Part shown: positions 13,024-25,560 of the stretch, piece by piece
How the letters are laid out: each line of letters opens with the position of its first letter
Position numbering within the stretch: position 1 is the first letter of the stretch
Source: Octopus vulgaris
Lineage: Eukaryota
Reading direction: 5' to 3'
Length of the DNA stretch: 64,000 bases
Assembly (NCBI GenBank): GCA_951406725.2
Contig: OX597828.1
Span: 10,664,001 to 10,728,000, forward strand
The notes under the pieces: generated by a model
Seen by the model: the letters and a program-made list of their open reading frames with translations, nothing else
Database searches by the model: none
What the model was told of the DNA's origin: nothing
Translations under genes and position numbers: made by a program

Positions 13024-14487
13024 TGTATGAACTTATGTAATTGTGTGTGTATATATGTATGAATGTATATATAGATAGATAGACAAATAGACAGACAGAC
13101 AGACAAAAACACACATAGACACACGTATGTGTGTATGTGTGAGTGTGTGTTTATTTATTCATTCATGCAACTCTGGTTATTGTGTTTGTGAGAATTAAGT
13201 GGCGTTTAACTGTGCTCTGAATTTAAATATTCTTCCGTAAATTTCATTTCTCTACTGTTCAATAATTTATCAAATATTTATTTATCAGTTTTAATTCTTT
13301 TTTTTTTACAAAATTTGTCCAAGCAGAAAGAGACGTTATTCTATCAGATTGTGTGTATATCTCTAAGATATAATGTTGATTACCATACACATTTCGCTTG
13401 TTAGTAGCAAACTAAATTACCAAACTTTATTCCTCTTTATGCGTAGTAGTACAGTCGTTATAGTTTACTCAGCGTTGGCTTGAATATGAATCAGTAAATA
13501 CGTGCTTAATTATCTGTCTACATTAGCGCTCGACAACCTCCAATCCCTGCCTCTAGTTTCCCTTGAAAATATTTCTTACTGTTCAACCTATTTATTTTGC
13601 AAGACGAACAAAATCCCAACTAGTTAACAGCGTGACATCTGTAGATGGAGTTTAAATGTGCTGTTTAGATTCGATCACTTATCAGTATATAAGTGTTCAA
13701 TTAACTGCCCACTTCAGTACAATACAACCAACCAATCCATGTTTCTGCTTTTCTTAGAATGTCTCTGATTGTTCAAAATGTACTATTCACGATGGCAGTG
13801 ATAGTTGTATAGAAAAGAAATGATGTTTATTATCAGTGTTACCAAAGATTATGCACATTATCTATAAATTGCATATCTTCATTGATTCTATAGTGATAAA
13901 GACAGTCTGTACGCCATTCACCGAAAATTGAAATTGTTGTGCAGAGAAAGAGAAGAAAACAACGAAATATATGTAAAAGAAGAAGAAAATAATAGTGACA
14001 TACTATTCTCCTTTTGAATAGTTTCGTTTAAAGATATTTAATATTTGGCACATGCTCCTAATTTTTCTGACTAAAAGCCAGGCGTTATGGATAACTGAAT
14101 AAATTTTTTAGCTTAAGGATTGAAAATAGAAGAGTATTCTTGAGAAAATAACCAAATCTATCATAAAGTTGGCTGGGAGTCCATTGGCGAAGAAACCAGT
14201 TCAATAAAGACGCTGACGGGGTGATCAAGGTTTGAAAGAGGTGGGAAGGAGGTAAAGAATTAAATATAAAACAAAACATGATGAAATGATAGATACATTG
14301 GCTACGATAATTATTGAACAAAACTTTCCTACCATTGAATGCCATAGCAGCGATCAAAATAACAAAAAAGATATATAGAAAGAAAAACAATTAAAAGCCC
14401 CCCAAAATATATATGTCTCCCTCAAGGAAGTAAAAGTAAAGAAAATACATGTAAAGCAACGCAGTGTCTTTAAATAAATAAGCATAG

Positions 14488-14568
14488 CTCGCTGACGAGA
14501 AAAGGAACTCCCCAAGCAAGGTTATACGTTGGTTTAATCTAGTATTCTTATTCGAAAAGCATTGCGGG
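14488..14568 (+). ncRNA. Decayed minimal type I hammerhead-like motif
   Basis: ctcg-CTGACGA-gaaaagga...ttcttattc-GAAA-agcatt-g-cggg. Stem I is ctcg/cggg and stem II is present, but position 17 is G (non-cleavable). Confidence 0.5.
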
Positions 14569-14816
14569 AAATTGTCAGCTGACCTTCCTGACTTCCAAGT
14601 CTGTAAGACTTGCGGCTGTGAGCGTATGCAAAACAAAAGAGGAAAGCATTTTCAAAAAAATGACGCAAGTACATATATATATAATATACATAGGTACATA
14701 AATATATTGATAGACTGATAAATACATGACAGATAGACAAATAGTTCTAGATATACACGTGTGTGTGTATGTGTGTGTGTGCGAGTTTATCCTTATATAT
14801 ATATATATATATATAA

Positions 14817-15085
14817 GCGTGGCTTAGTCACGATCGTAAGGTCATGAGTTCAATTCCCGACGACTTGTTGTGTCCTTGAGCAAGGCACTTTATTTCATGT
14901 TGCTACAGTCCACTCAGTAATCAAAAATTAGTTTTACACTGTGTCACGCTTAATCTCCCTGAGAACTACGTTAGGGGAACATATGTCTGTGAATTGCTCA
15001 GCCACTTGCACGTTCATTTCAAGAGCAAGCTCTTCCGTGGATCGTATCAGCTGGGACCTTCGTCGTCGTAACTGACGGAGTGCTC
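14817..15085 (+). mobile_element. Family C SINE (head1/core1 + tail X)
   Basis: tcacgatcgtaaggtcatgagttcaattccc, ttgtgtccttgagcaaggcactttatttc, and the tail gtgtcacgcttaatctccctgagaactacgttagggg...cgtcgtcgtaactgacggagtgc. Confidence 0.85.
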
Positions 15086-15112
15086 CTATATATATATATA
15101 TATTATATATTT

Positions 15113-15349
15113 GACTTGTTTCAGTTATTTGACTGCGGCCATACTGGAACACCACCTTTAGTCGAGCAATTCGACCCCAGGACGTATTCTTTGTAAGCCT
15201 AGTACTTACTTTATCAGCTACATTTGCAGAACCGCTAAGTTACGGGGAGGTAAACACACAAGCATCAATTATCAAGCGATGTTGGAGGGACAAACAGAGA
15301 CACACAATCATATATACACTCATATATATACATGCATACATAACACACA

Positions 15350-15444
<95 letters not shown>

Positions 15445-16328
15445 GACGGGCGTCTTTCAGCTTCCGTCTACCAAATCCACTCACAAGGCTTTGGTCGGCC
15501 CTAGGCTATAGTAGAGGACTCTTGCTTAATGTGCCAGGCAGTGGAACTGAGTCCAGGACCATATGGCTGGTAAGGAAGCTACTTTATTTCAAAACTTTTT
15601 GCCATAAAGGCACGATACAGAGTAGCTTGCGGGCTGGACAAAGACATTGATGAGGTGAATGATGATAAGGATGATATTAATGGGAAAAGACAAAAAACGC
15701 CCACCGATTTTTTGCTTCTCTAAAACATATTTCTCTTCTTTTTTTTTCCCAGAAAAAGACAAAACGAGGTAATGAACCTCTTACTTCAGTTTTACAATTT
15801 TTGGACAAATAGTCCATTTAAGAATTGCGGCGTTAAGCCTCTTAAACACAATAACATGCAATAAACATTAAACATTATACAAACAACATTATAACACTGA
15901 GGCTTTTCAACTTCTTGTCACTATTCCTCCCCAACATCGCTTGTGCCCGTGAACTCCAACCCCCCCCGCCTCATTCAAGACTAAGGCGGGATCCCAGCCG
16001 GCGTCGCCCGGCCACAAGCGATATTCCTCAATGAGTCCCTGCAGCCTTTACCTCAGAGACAACGTTATAACCTCCACAGCTCTCTGCGGGTCCATTCGGG
16101 ATCCTGTGTGAAGGCTAATGGTACTCCCTTATGGTGCTTTTCCACTACCTCTTCTATCTCTTCGCCTCTGTAGAAGAAGACCAATAGTTCCTCTTCCTCT
16201 GGGTTCGAAGTATTCAATTCTACCGTTGGCAGCACAATTCCCCCAACGGTGTCTCTTCTCCTGCCGGCGGCACAGCCCCTACTGACAAGGGCAAGCAAGC
16301 TACTTACCACACACCCACTCCTGCGCCT
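15113..16328 (-). mobile_element. Family B SINE split in its tRNA head by a 708-bp insertion
   Basis: The head lies at 16293-16328 (minus: ggcgcaggagtgggtgtgtggtaagtagcttgctt). The SINE resumes at 15584 (aagtagcttccttaccagccatatgg...) and runs to 15113. Confidence 0.88.
15585..16292 (-). mobile_element. 5'-truncated non-LTR-type retroelement (ORF C-terminus + 3' UTR) inserted in a SINE head, 13-bp TSD
   Basis: Flanked by aaggaagctactt (15572-15584) and aagcaagctactt (16293-16305). Encodes ...EKHHKGVPLAFTQDPEW... and ends ...gcctttatggcaaaaagttttgaaata. Homologous to 23093-23860. Confidence 0.8.
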
Positions 16329-16769
16329 ATAATACAAATATTGTTATGAAAGTTTCTTTGCAAGTATATATGTATGTGACGTGAGCGTGAAGCAGTGTGA
16401 GTGTAATGTATGTATAACTGTATTTACCTGACATCTTCTGTCAGCCTATGTATATCAAACATCGCATTGTCTGTATGCTACCTTATGACCGTATGTTGTG
16501 ATTCGATGTTGTCTTCACTTCTCTCTAGCGAGTCAATGTGCTCCGTATAAATCTCTTACAGGCTTCTGCTAGGTAAGTTTGATGACATCGCTGTACTAGA
16601 GACACTGTCTGTCCCCTAACAGCGATGTCATGTGGGGGTGACCACCCAACTGTTGATTTCAATTATTTTTGCCAGGTAACAAAGAATAATTAATGTTTGT
16701 TCCTAAGGTGTCTTACACGTGATCTTATTTTGATTTATGTAAAGCTATTAATATTTAGCTGCCCTCCAT

Positions 16770-16925
16770 CTGTACGTTCTAAGTTCAAATTCCGCCGAGG
16801 TCAGCTTTACCTTTCATCTTTTGTGGTCAATAAATAAAGTACCGGATGAGCACTCGGATCGATATAATCGACTTAGACTCTCCCCTGAAATGGCTGGCCT
16901 TGTGCCGAAATTTGAAACGAATATT
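16770..16925 (+). mobile_element. Family A SINE fragment
   Basis: tacgttctaagttcaaattccgccgaggtcagctttacctttcatc...ggccttgtgccgaaatttgaaac. Confidence 0.75.
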
Positions 16926-17031
16926 TAACTGTTTTGATTTAAAACCTCATTTCAGAAGAATTTTACAAGGTATAGAGTTTGGGATCATCTAATAATTTCA
17001 TAATTCTAGCACCACTGTTGTATCATATATA

Positions 17032-17182
17032 CGTGACTGTGTGATAAGAAGCTTGCTTCCCAACTACATGGGTCCGGGTTCAGTCCAACTGCGTGGCACC
17101 TTGGGAAAATATCTTCTACTATAGCTATGGGCGGACAAAATCATTGTGAGTGGTTTTGGTAGACGGAAACTGAATGCCGTCG

Positions 17183-17253
<71 letters not shown>

Positions 17254-17410
17254 CTATGTGTGTTTGTGCATCTTTATGTCTGTGCTTGTTCCCCCACTAC
17301 TGCTAAAAACCAATTTTGCTATGTTTCTGTCCCCGTAACATAGCGCTTCGGCAAAAGAAACTGATAGAATCAGTACTAAACTTACAAAGAATAGGCCCCG
17401 TGCTCGATTT
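17032..17410 (+). mobile_element. Family B SINE, sense orientation
   Basis: gtgactgtgtgataagaagcttgcttcccaac...ggcaccttgggaaaatatcttc...ggtagacggaaactga...cggcaaaagaaactgatagaat. Confidence 0.85.
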
Positions 17411-17467
17411 CTATTAAAATATCCTACACACGCGCGCGCGCGACGCGCACTCATACACGCATATACA

Positions 17468-18236
17468 TACAGGTCCTTCGGGGTAAACTTATCAGTTTTC
17501 ATAAAATAAGAAGCACTCACATTTTCTCTTCTGAAAATAAAAGTAGTTTTCAAAATATCACAACATAGCTACATAACTGTTTACTCAAAATAGCAACCTG
17601 CAGCATCCATTACGGCCTCGAAACTGTTCCTGAAACTGGGGCATGAATTTATCTTGTTGTCCGTGGGAAGATCTTCGAATAGCGTCCTTGATCTCACCCA
17701 AATGTTCGGCCGGGATGTTGCGGATAGAACGATTGCTACCTTTCCCAACTACATCCAATACGCTGTAATCCATGGGATTACATTTTCCGAAAGTAATCCC
17801 ATTACATTCGAGGGATTAGAAAGTCGTGGTAACAAAACAAATCCTCATGTCAGGTATACAACTATCCAGCAGCAACCTTCTCCAACCAAAGTTTGACCAC
17901 AATCTCCAGCAGCCTCAAACTCAATCAAGATGTTTGCTATTTCACTTCCTCCGGGCCACGGCTTCGAACTCTCCGCCGCAGCTGTCCATGTCACGTCATA
18001 CAGCCTTTACATCGTTCATACAGCATTTAGAATCAGCAATGATGTCAGTATTTTGATAACTGGCATTAATCATCATGGTACATGTGACGTTTATCCAATA
18101 TTCAGTTGATTCCTAATCCACCATGCCAACTAACTTTTTTCTACTAGAATTCTAGGACTTTAAATTTTTATGCTCTACTTACCAATACATCAATATTCTC
18201 CGAAATGGATCATATCTATCCCACTTTATATACTGT
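17468..18236 (-). mobile_element. Internally deleted, decayed Tc1/mariner transposon (DD37D/maT-like C-terminus)
   Basis: Minus-strand peptides across frameshifts are LLEIVVKLWLEKVAAG*LYT*HEDLFCYH, KCNPMDYSVLDVV and AVMDAAGCYFE*. They match the mariner-type motifs 'VKPWL...YVWQQDSAPCH', 'SPDCNPLDY.VW' and the terminal 'EAVV.A.GGYFE'. The element ends are approximate. Confidence 0.75.
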
Positions 18237-18359
18237 ACGATGTTCGAGAACATGAAATCTGTTCATTAGATGTGAGGTACTAGCTGCAATAATCGTATTT
18301 GTACGTATGTGAATGTACATGTGTGTGTGTGTGTGTGTATGCACAACAAATATATAAAC

Positions 18360-18414
<55 letters not shown>

Positions 18415-18415
18415 C

Positions 18416-18460
<45 letters not shown>

Positions 18461-19655
18461 TATATATACACATATATATATATACATATATATATTCATA
18501 TATTTATTTTTTTTTTTTAATTGAATGATTGATGCTAAAACCTTAATAGTTACTTGTGCAATCTTTGCAATTGTTCGAACGTAGATTGAATAATGTTTAC
18601 ATAGAGGTCGAATCTTTTGTGTTCAGCGCCTAATAAAAATATTAGTCCTCAGCCAATGAGATCGTCATTACCCACTTCGTTAGGCATGTGTATTGGAAGA
18701 AACTTATTACTGGTTATATTGACACCAAGCAGTCATAAAATCAGTCGTCCCCGATAATGAAATCAAGTACAAGCGTAATGGAACGTAACAAAATAGGACA
18801 CGGCATTTTGACTAATATTTTACCGCCTGTTACGAACGTTAACATTGTAAGAGTAGATATCATTTCTGTAGATTTGAGCCATGACATGGCGGCAACGTGA
18901 AACTAATTATATTTTGGTTGCTTGTTAGCTGGTATCTCGAAATACTTTGCTTCTTTCAATGAATGTTATTATGGTGCCTTCTCTTTTTAACAATGCTCAG
19001 GAGAATACAAGTAATTTATTTTATGAGTATGTAAAGATGTGGTAGTGCACGTACGACTTAGGAAATCCTTTGGCGGACCTTCTAGAAAAGAGGAAACAAA
19101 ATATTCAGGAATTGCTTCAAAGGAAATCTTTGATCCCTATAAGCAGCGCAAATGGGAGTCGTTAAATGTGCAAGGATCACTAGCAAATTAATCTCCCACC
19201 TGAATACTTGCTCAGTCAGTCTATTTCATATCAGGATGAAGGCTTCTGGTGATCAATTACTTCCAAATGTTAGCTCTAAAATGCAATGGGTTATACATCA
19301 AGTTATTCTGCTGGTAAAGACCTGCATTGAATGCCTACAACACAGATGCAGCTGAATGCAACCAAGGCCTGGTCTGAATGATATATATAGGAAAATGTGT
19401 TGATATTTGTTATTACATGTGCAGCATGTTTATTAAATTGAACATTTTTTAAAGTGTAACATTATCTCCATAAATAACAATTCCTTTCTACTAATAACTC
19501 TGCCATTGTCTTCACACACAGTCAACTATTATCTTCACCAAACTATTCAATATGCTTCTGTTCTCTACAAACAAAAGCCCCCTAGTGTGTATTATTCTCT
19601 TTAATATTTCTACTGATATTATATTAGTCATTGCCTGGGACTCGGGCTAACTCTA

Positions 19656-19959
19656 TTGTTTGTTCCTTCTCGAGCCACGCCTGGCTCATAAGGGCCATTT
19701 TCCAGGTTTCCTTGGCGTATAGGTCCCCCACCTGGACGGGACGCTAGTCCGTCACTGGTGAGCTGTAAGATGCAGGAGGAAAGAGTGAGAGAATGTTGTG
19801 GCGAAAGAGTCAGTAAAGTTCGTTATTACCTTCTGCCGGAGCCGCGTGGAGCTTAGGTGTTTCGCTCATAAACATACATATCACCCTGTCTGAGATTCGA
19901 ACCCGCGATCCATCCATCGCGATTACGCTGCTCTAACCAATAGGCCATGTGCCACACAT
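19656..19959 (-). mobile_element. tRNA-derived SINE, family D (head2/core2 + tail Z), 10-bp TSD
   Basis: Minus-strand head catggcctattggttagagcagcg...gcgggttcgaatctcag and tail ggcccttatgagccaggcgtggctcgagaaggaacaaacaa. TSD gctaactcta at 19646-19655 and 19960-19969. Confidence 0.88.
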
Positions 19960-21884
19960 GCTAACTCTAGCATGGAAATTATTATCCCAAACATTTTCCC
20001 TTCTCCAGTAAGCTTTTCATGTGCCCTCTCTTGATTGAATCATTCCCGCAGTTAAAGCTTTATGGAGGTCATAAGCGGTATTAGTATTAACCCCAAGAGG
20101 GGCCTGCAAAAGACAGGAGAACTGCCCTTAGACTAGAACTCACAAAAAGGGATGTATATTTTTGTGCGTACAGATTATCTACATGTGTGTCTGTGTGTTC
20201 TCTCTCTCTCACTTTCTCTTTGTATATATGTACATATGTGTGTATTTACGAATGTATGTATATGTGCATATGTGTGTTTATGTGTGTGTATTTGTGTGTC
20301 TGTATGTATGTATGTGTGAGTGCGCACACGCACACGCACTTTTATCTTGTATTATTTCTGTAACACGTTCTCAGATTCTATTTCCTTAAATATTTATCCT
20401 CCGTCGCAACTTCATTCCATAATTTCTATATTCTGTCATTCTTATATTTCTTGTTATTCTACATTTCCGAACCGTTTTATTTTTTTTATTCCATTCTTTA
20501 TACTATTCGTGTATTGATTTTCTTTTTTTTTTTCATCAAGATCATTTTCTTTATCTTCTGTTTATTTTCTCTTCCTGTCACACAAACCTCACCCCGCTAT
20601 CTACCCCATCACACCCATATATTTCTGTTTCTCTATTGGTTAATTGTTTTCTCTTCTATATTGTCATTCCCTCTCGATTCTCTGTCTCTCCTCTTTCTCT
20701 TTCTCTCTCTTTCTCTCTCTCTGTAAATATATACATACATACACATACACATATACACACATACACATATAGTTGTATGTATGTGTATATGTATGTATGT
20801 ATGTTTGTACGTATATGTATATACATTGCTCTCGATTACTTTCCGTCCTCTCTTTCTTCCACCAACTCCTACCCCCACCCGCGTCTTGAGTTAGTTACTT
20901 TCCTTCTAATTACGTTTCTATATTTCTTTCTCTTTATTTTCTCTTTCAGTCTCTTTAACATTTTCTTTTCGTTTTCTGTGTGGAATCAATCTAAAAATGC
21001 TAACATTTGAATTAGAATTTCTTAAAGCGCCTGTCTGAGACAAATGCACACTCTATCGATAGCCGAGCTGACAATATATACCGGATGTTATTTATGTCAA
21101 GATGGCATCACCAACGCCATCGAAACTCATTTCACGTATTCCTCGTCATTAATCATGATTCGTCAATTCGTGTCGAGTAGACTGAGTTTGTAATATATTA
21201 AACCAATGCTAAACACTTCTGTCCTTTGTCCTAGTTTCTGACGTAATCAAGAATTTAATGTTCACGTGATGCATTAAGTTATATCCGGATCCGGTCTTTC
21301 AGCGGATCCGCTAACTTACTGCAGATCCTCTAAAATAACTAGCTCGAACGCACAAGTAGTAACTGCCATACAAGCTACTAATGACGTCACGGAATAGCAG
21401 AAGAAACGACTCACGCTTACAGATTCTTCATTGAGAAGAATTTGAATTTTGGATGATATTCTAGATTTAAAAGATGGCAAAGGTTATTTATTTTATACTG
21501 GCAATATTTCTTTGGCATTTTTAATGATCACAACCAAATGGCTTAATGACTTATACCGAACCTTTCCTCTTAATTATATATTACGTCGGTCTCAATAAAA
21601 TACTGCTTACCAGCTTTGTTTTCTCAAATACCATTTGTCAGGACCCATAATTAATAATGAAAGGAAGTAATCATAAATTTTAGCAATCAGAAATATTTTC
21701 ATAAATGAACGAAATATTGCAACCTCAACATTTCTTGACGTGTGCAGTAATTATAATTCCCGCTTACCTCTCGGATAATAAATAGACAGTCGTACAAATA
21801 AATGTATATGCGCGTAAATATGACTATATACAAGTACGTATGTAAAGATATATAAGATTATGTGTATATATATATATAGAAAGT

Positions 21885-21944
<60 letters not shown>

Positions 21945-21967
21945 CATACATACATACATACATACAT
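21885..21967. repeat. (GATA)n/(CATA)n microsatellite
   Basis: Direct reading. Confidence 0.95.
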
Positions 21968-22089
21968 AGAATGAAAGAAGTGAAGAGAAATAAAGGAAGA
22001 AACAAACAAACAAACAAAGAAAAGAAAATGACAATTATGGAATGGGAATTTCTAAAAGGGTCCGTTGAATTTGTCGCAAAATTATTCAA

Positions 22090-22330
22090 GTAATTCAGAG
22101 TGGAGGTCGTACTTCAGAAATGGTGTACTGGTATTGTAGAAGAGATGACGACTATCTGATACAAGAGAGTAGATGTTTCACTTAAGTTCTGGAATTAGAA
22201 CATTTAGTGAAGAACGAACCAGGCCTGAATACGTGTTAGCCAAAACGAACGTTATTCGTCCATTTATGAGCGTGATCTACGCTTGAGCAACATCAAAGCA
22301 CGAATTAAAATTTTCCCTGTAGAAGTTGCA
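22090..22330 (+). mobile_element. Possible highly decayed Tc1-type transposase N-terminal fragment
   Basis: Broken peptides SGGRTSE..RRDDDYLI and RVSQ..R..YERDLR resemble the Tc1 pattern 'SGRP..T.RDDRYL...VS..TV.RRL.E.GL'. The match is weak. Confidence 0.3.
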
Positions 22331-22951
22331 AAAAATTTACATGTTACTGGACATGGAATAAAAACGTGTCACGACCCATTTATTTCTTACTAGTGAATAT
22401 CTAGGCATTGTTCTTACGTCTAGCCACCACATAGAATTTTAAAGAAACGATTATATGCAACGTTTAGTCATGTGCTGCAGAATGATAGTTACTCATGGAC
22501 ATCAGTTCTAATTTGAAGACGTCTGCGATGAGTTCAGTCCAGATGCTAATGAAAACATTTCACTTTCAGTTCTGACCAATCCCTCCTAACCTATCAATAT
22601 TCAGGAATCCTGCACCGAGGATTTTCTTTACGTTTGAAATTATAGCTCAAGCAGTGAAGCGAATATCTTTGGGGTTCACTGACTTCAGCTATAGAGAAGG
22701 AAGGGACCACATTTATAATATCAATACTTTCTTAAAGTTAATAGTGATGTTTTGAATGCATGTTTATCAATGATCGCCTAAATCGAGTGAATAGCAATTG
22801 TACCCGACAATATTACTATACGTATGTTAGGCTCTTTTGTTACACTCCAATGCTACTCTGAAATCAGTTGCTGTTCTAGTTGTCAAAAGGCCACGAAACT
22901 CAAGATTTTCGATTGAGGAAATAAATTCTGCAGACTTTTCTCTGGTTTTCT

Positions 22952-23092
22952 TTTATTCTTTTACTCTTTTACCTGTTTCAGTCATTAGACTGCGGCCATG
23001 CTGGAGCACCGCTTTTGGTCGAGCGAATCGACCCAATGACCTATTTTTGTAAGCTTAGTACTTATTCTATCGGTCTCTTTTGCCGAACCGCT
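22952..23092 (-). mobile_element. Family B SINE 3' fragment
   Basis: ttattcttttactcttttacctgtttcagtcattagactgcggccatgctggagcaccgc...ttgccgaaccgct. Confidence 0.85.
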
Positions 23093-23860
23093 GGAAAAGC
23101 ACTATAAGGGGGCACCTTTAGCCTTCACACAGGACCCCGAATGGCCTCCGCAGGTAGCTGTGGAGGCCGTGGCGTTCGACGTGACGCTTGGGCTGAAGGA
23201 GCTCAATGAGGATTATTGCTTGTTCCCGGGCAACGCTAACACGGAACTCGATTTGGTTCTGAGAGAGGCGTGGTGGATGGCAGAGGATGCGGGCACAAGT
23301 TATTTTGAGGCTGAGTCATAAATTGTGGCACTGTTTGACACACACATGTGATAACAGGCACTTCGATTTCCTTCTAAACCCCCGGTTGTCAACGTGGTCT
23401 GCTCTGCAGACGGCTAGATATTTGACTGGAGGTCCGGAAAGAGGAGGAAGGAAAAAGTGATAATGTATTTTTATGTTTGATAGGACATGTTTAGATAAGA
23501 CTTGAGGGGCCCCGACCTAGAGCTGGCGCATTCCTAAGGGAAGTGTAAGCCAGGTCTGGGAGGAGGGGCTTTGTGTATTGTATTTATATCATATGTAATT
23601 ATTGAACTATGTTGTTGTTAGTAATGGACTGTTAAGTCCAACAATTGAAAAGTTGTAAAAATTGTAAGAGGTTTAATACCTAGTTTTGTGTTTGTTTTTA
23701 AAAGAACAATGTTTTAGAGATGCAGAAGTCGGCGGACGCTTTTTGTCTTCTTCCATCCTTATCATCTTTTTTCATCATCATTCATTTCATTAATGTCCTC
23801 GTCTAGCCCGCAAAGCCACTTTACTCTATGTACTGCCTTTATGGCAAATGTTATGAAATA
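23093..23860 (+). mobile_element. Second, diverged copy of the retroelement 3' end seen at 15585-16292
   Basis: Encodes EKHYKGAPLAFTQDPEWPPQVAVEAVAFDVTLGLKELNEDYCLFPGNANTELDLVLREAWWMAEDAGTSYFEAES*. The 3' UTR ends gcctttatggcaaatgttatgaaata and is immediately followed by aagtagcttgctta (23861-23874). Confidence 0.8.
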
Positions 23861-23884
23861 AAGTAGCTTGCTTACTTCCCATGA

Positions 23885-24810
23885 GCCTTTGTCGTCTGTG
23901 TACGCATGCGTCATTCTGTTGTGCTATGAAGATAGCCGGGGTGTTTAACCGACGAAAAAGTAGCCACGGCAAGGTAAGGTTTTTGTCTCTTGGGTCCAGT
24001 AGGGGTTGTTGTCTGTGGTAATATTTTTTACAAACAAGGAGTTCTCACTGGATTCAGAACTTTGGTCTGCTTGCAGTTCAGCAATATTGTTCATGTTAAG
24101 GGAAAAATCTCTCTCATTGTGAGAAGTATCCTGCCACCAAAAGTTGTTCCCTTTTTGTGAATAGTGTGTGTTTTTACAACAACGTTTACCAATAGTTGGA
24201 AAGCTGTATTTCAAGTGGAGCACTCCAGGTTCTAATCCGAGTACCATAGGGCTTGGAGTACCGGAATGCCCAGAAGATTTTTTTGCTGTGCTGTGTTGAA
24301 CTGTTGTTTTCTTCTTCTATTGTGACTCTCTTTATTGAACTGTTTGCTTTTTTCTTCTTCCCTTTTGTTTCCTTTTGATTTCCCTCTTTTGTTTTTGAAA
24401 TTTGTGAACTATTGTTTTGGACATTTTAATTTAAAACATGGCAAAAAATACGGATAAGATTGTAGAGTGGCAGATTGTCCCACCTAAGGAGTGACTCAGA
24501 CAGCAAGAGGAGAGGACGGTGGTGTTGAGAACATATTCGAAGGTTCCCGATACCATTGCCGTCTTCTCCAAGCGGCTGATTGGGCAGGAGTTGGTGGAAC
24601 ATCAGCCAACTATTAAGTATATCTCTAGGAGTGTCAAATATGCAACGGTGTGGTTGCTATTTGACACTCCAGAGGAGGCTCGCGGTTGACGAGGGCTTGG
24701 GGCTGTGGTTTGCCATCCGAGTGCATAGAGGATACTATCCGTCGGGCTCTGAGTGGCAGCGGAGCCAAGCTCCTAATGTGAAAGTTTTTCCTGCGGAAAT
24801 ACCAGAATAA
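23885..24810 (+). mobile_element. Probable 5' UTR and decayed ORF1 N-terminus of an L1/Tx1-like element
   Basis: A ~550-bp leader with a T-rich tract, then ATG at 24438: MAKNTDKIVEWQIVPPKE*LRQQEERTVVLRTYSKVPDTIAVFSKRLIGQELVEHQPTIKYISRSVKYATVWLLFDTPEEARG*, and later VKVFPAEIPE. It has an RRM-like ORF1 appearance; the family assignment is inference. Confidence 0.5.
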
Positions 24811-25560
24811 AATGTAGGAGATTCATATTCCTCCTTATGAGAAAGAGAGATGTGAGTCCAGGTAGGTATTAACTATAATTAATGACTATAACATCTATTT
24901 GAAAATATAAGTAAAAGAGGTTTCAGAGACGTTCCATCTATAGATAAGGAGAATAGAAATTCTAACTTCAAATAAGTCACGTAGGGAAAATATTGTACAG
25001 AAATGTCCAATGGAAAGACATGACTATATTTGAATTAAGATATGACCTGACAGTTAAAAAACATTACTTAGTATGGTGTATATTAAAAAATTATGAGAAT
25101 GAATTGAATCTGAAGGAGATAGTGTGTAAGGATCTACTTGATAGTTAACTTAAACAAGTGTTAGAGCGGTAAAAGTTTAAAGAGAGAACAATATGCGTAA
25201 GATGAACTTCTGTTTGCATAAGAACTAATATTCGTTGGTATGTATTAAATATAAGATAAAAAAATAAGTAAAAGACAGAAAAATAGTTGTTAATATTACA
25301 ATTTAAATAGTAAATACTTGCTGTGGCTAAAAGGATGAAATAATGGATGTTGGAATACGAAAAAATAAAGCAATATAGGGAAGATAAATGACCTGGGATT
25401 GAGAATAGTAAATAAAGGGTTTATTTAATATGTATTAATATGTAAGGTTATACAGTAATTATATATTAGTAGTAATAAAAAATTATGAGGTAAGAAACAA
25501 GCTTGACATAATCTGAGAGGGATATTTAATGGTATTAAGGTAGTATTAATATTAAAGTAA

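Noticed and set aside
19020-19380. Possible exon or transposase fragment
   Set aside because: There are stops in all frames and only a vague similarity to transposase motifs, so it cannot be assigned.
21093-21140. gatggc/gccatc hairpin followed by GAAAC
   Set aside because: The upstream core differs from CUGANGA at three positions and there is no convincing stem I.
21283-21312. Adjacent short palindromes (ccggatccgg, agcggatccgct)
   Set aside because: They are short, and no associated element or function can be supported.
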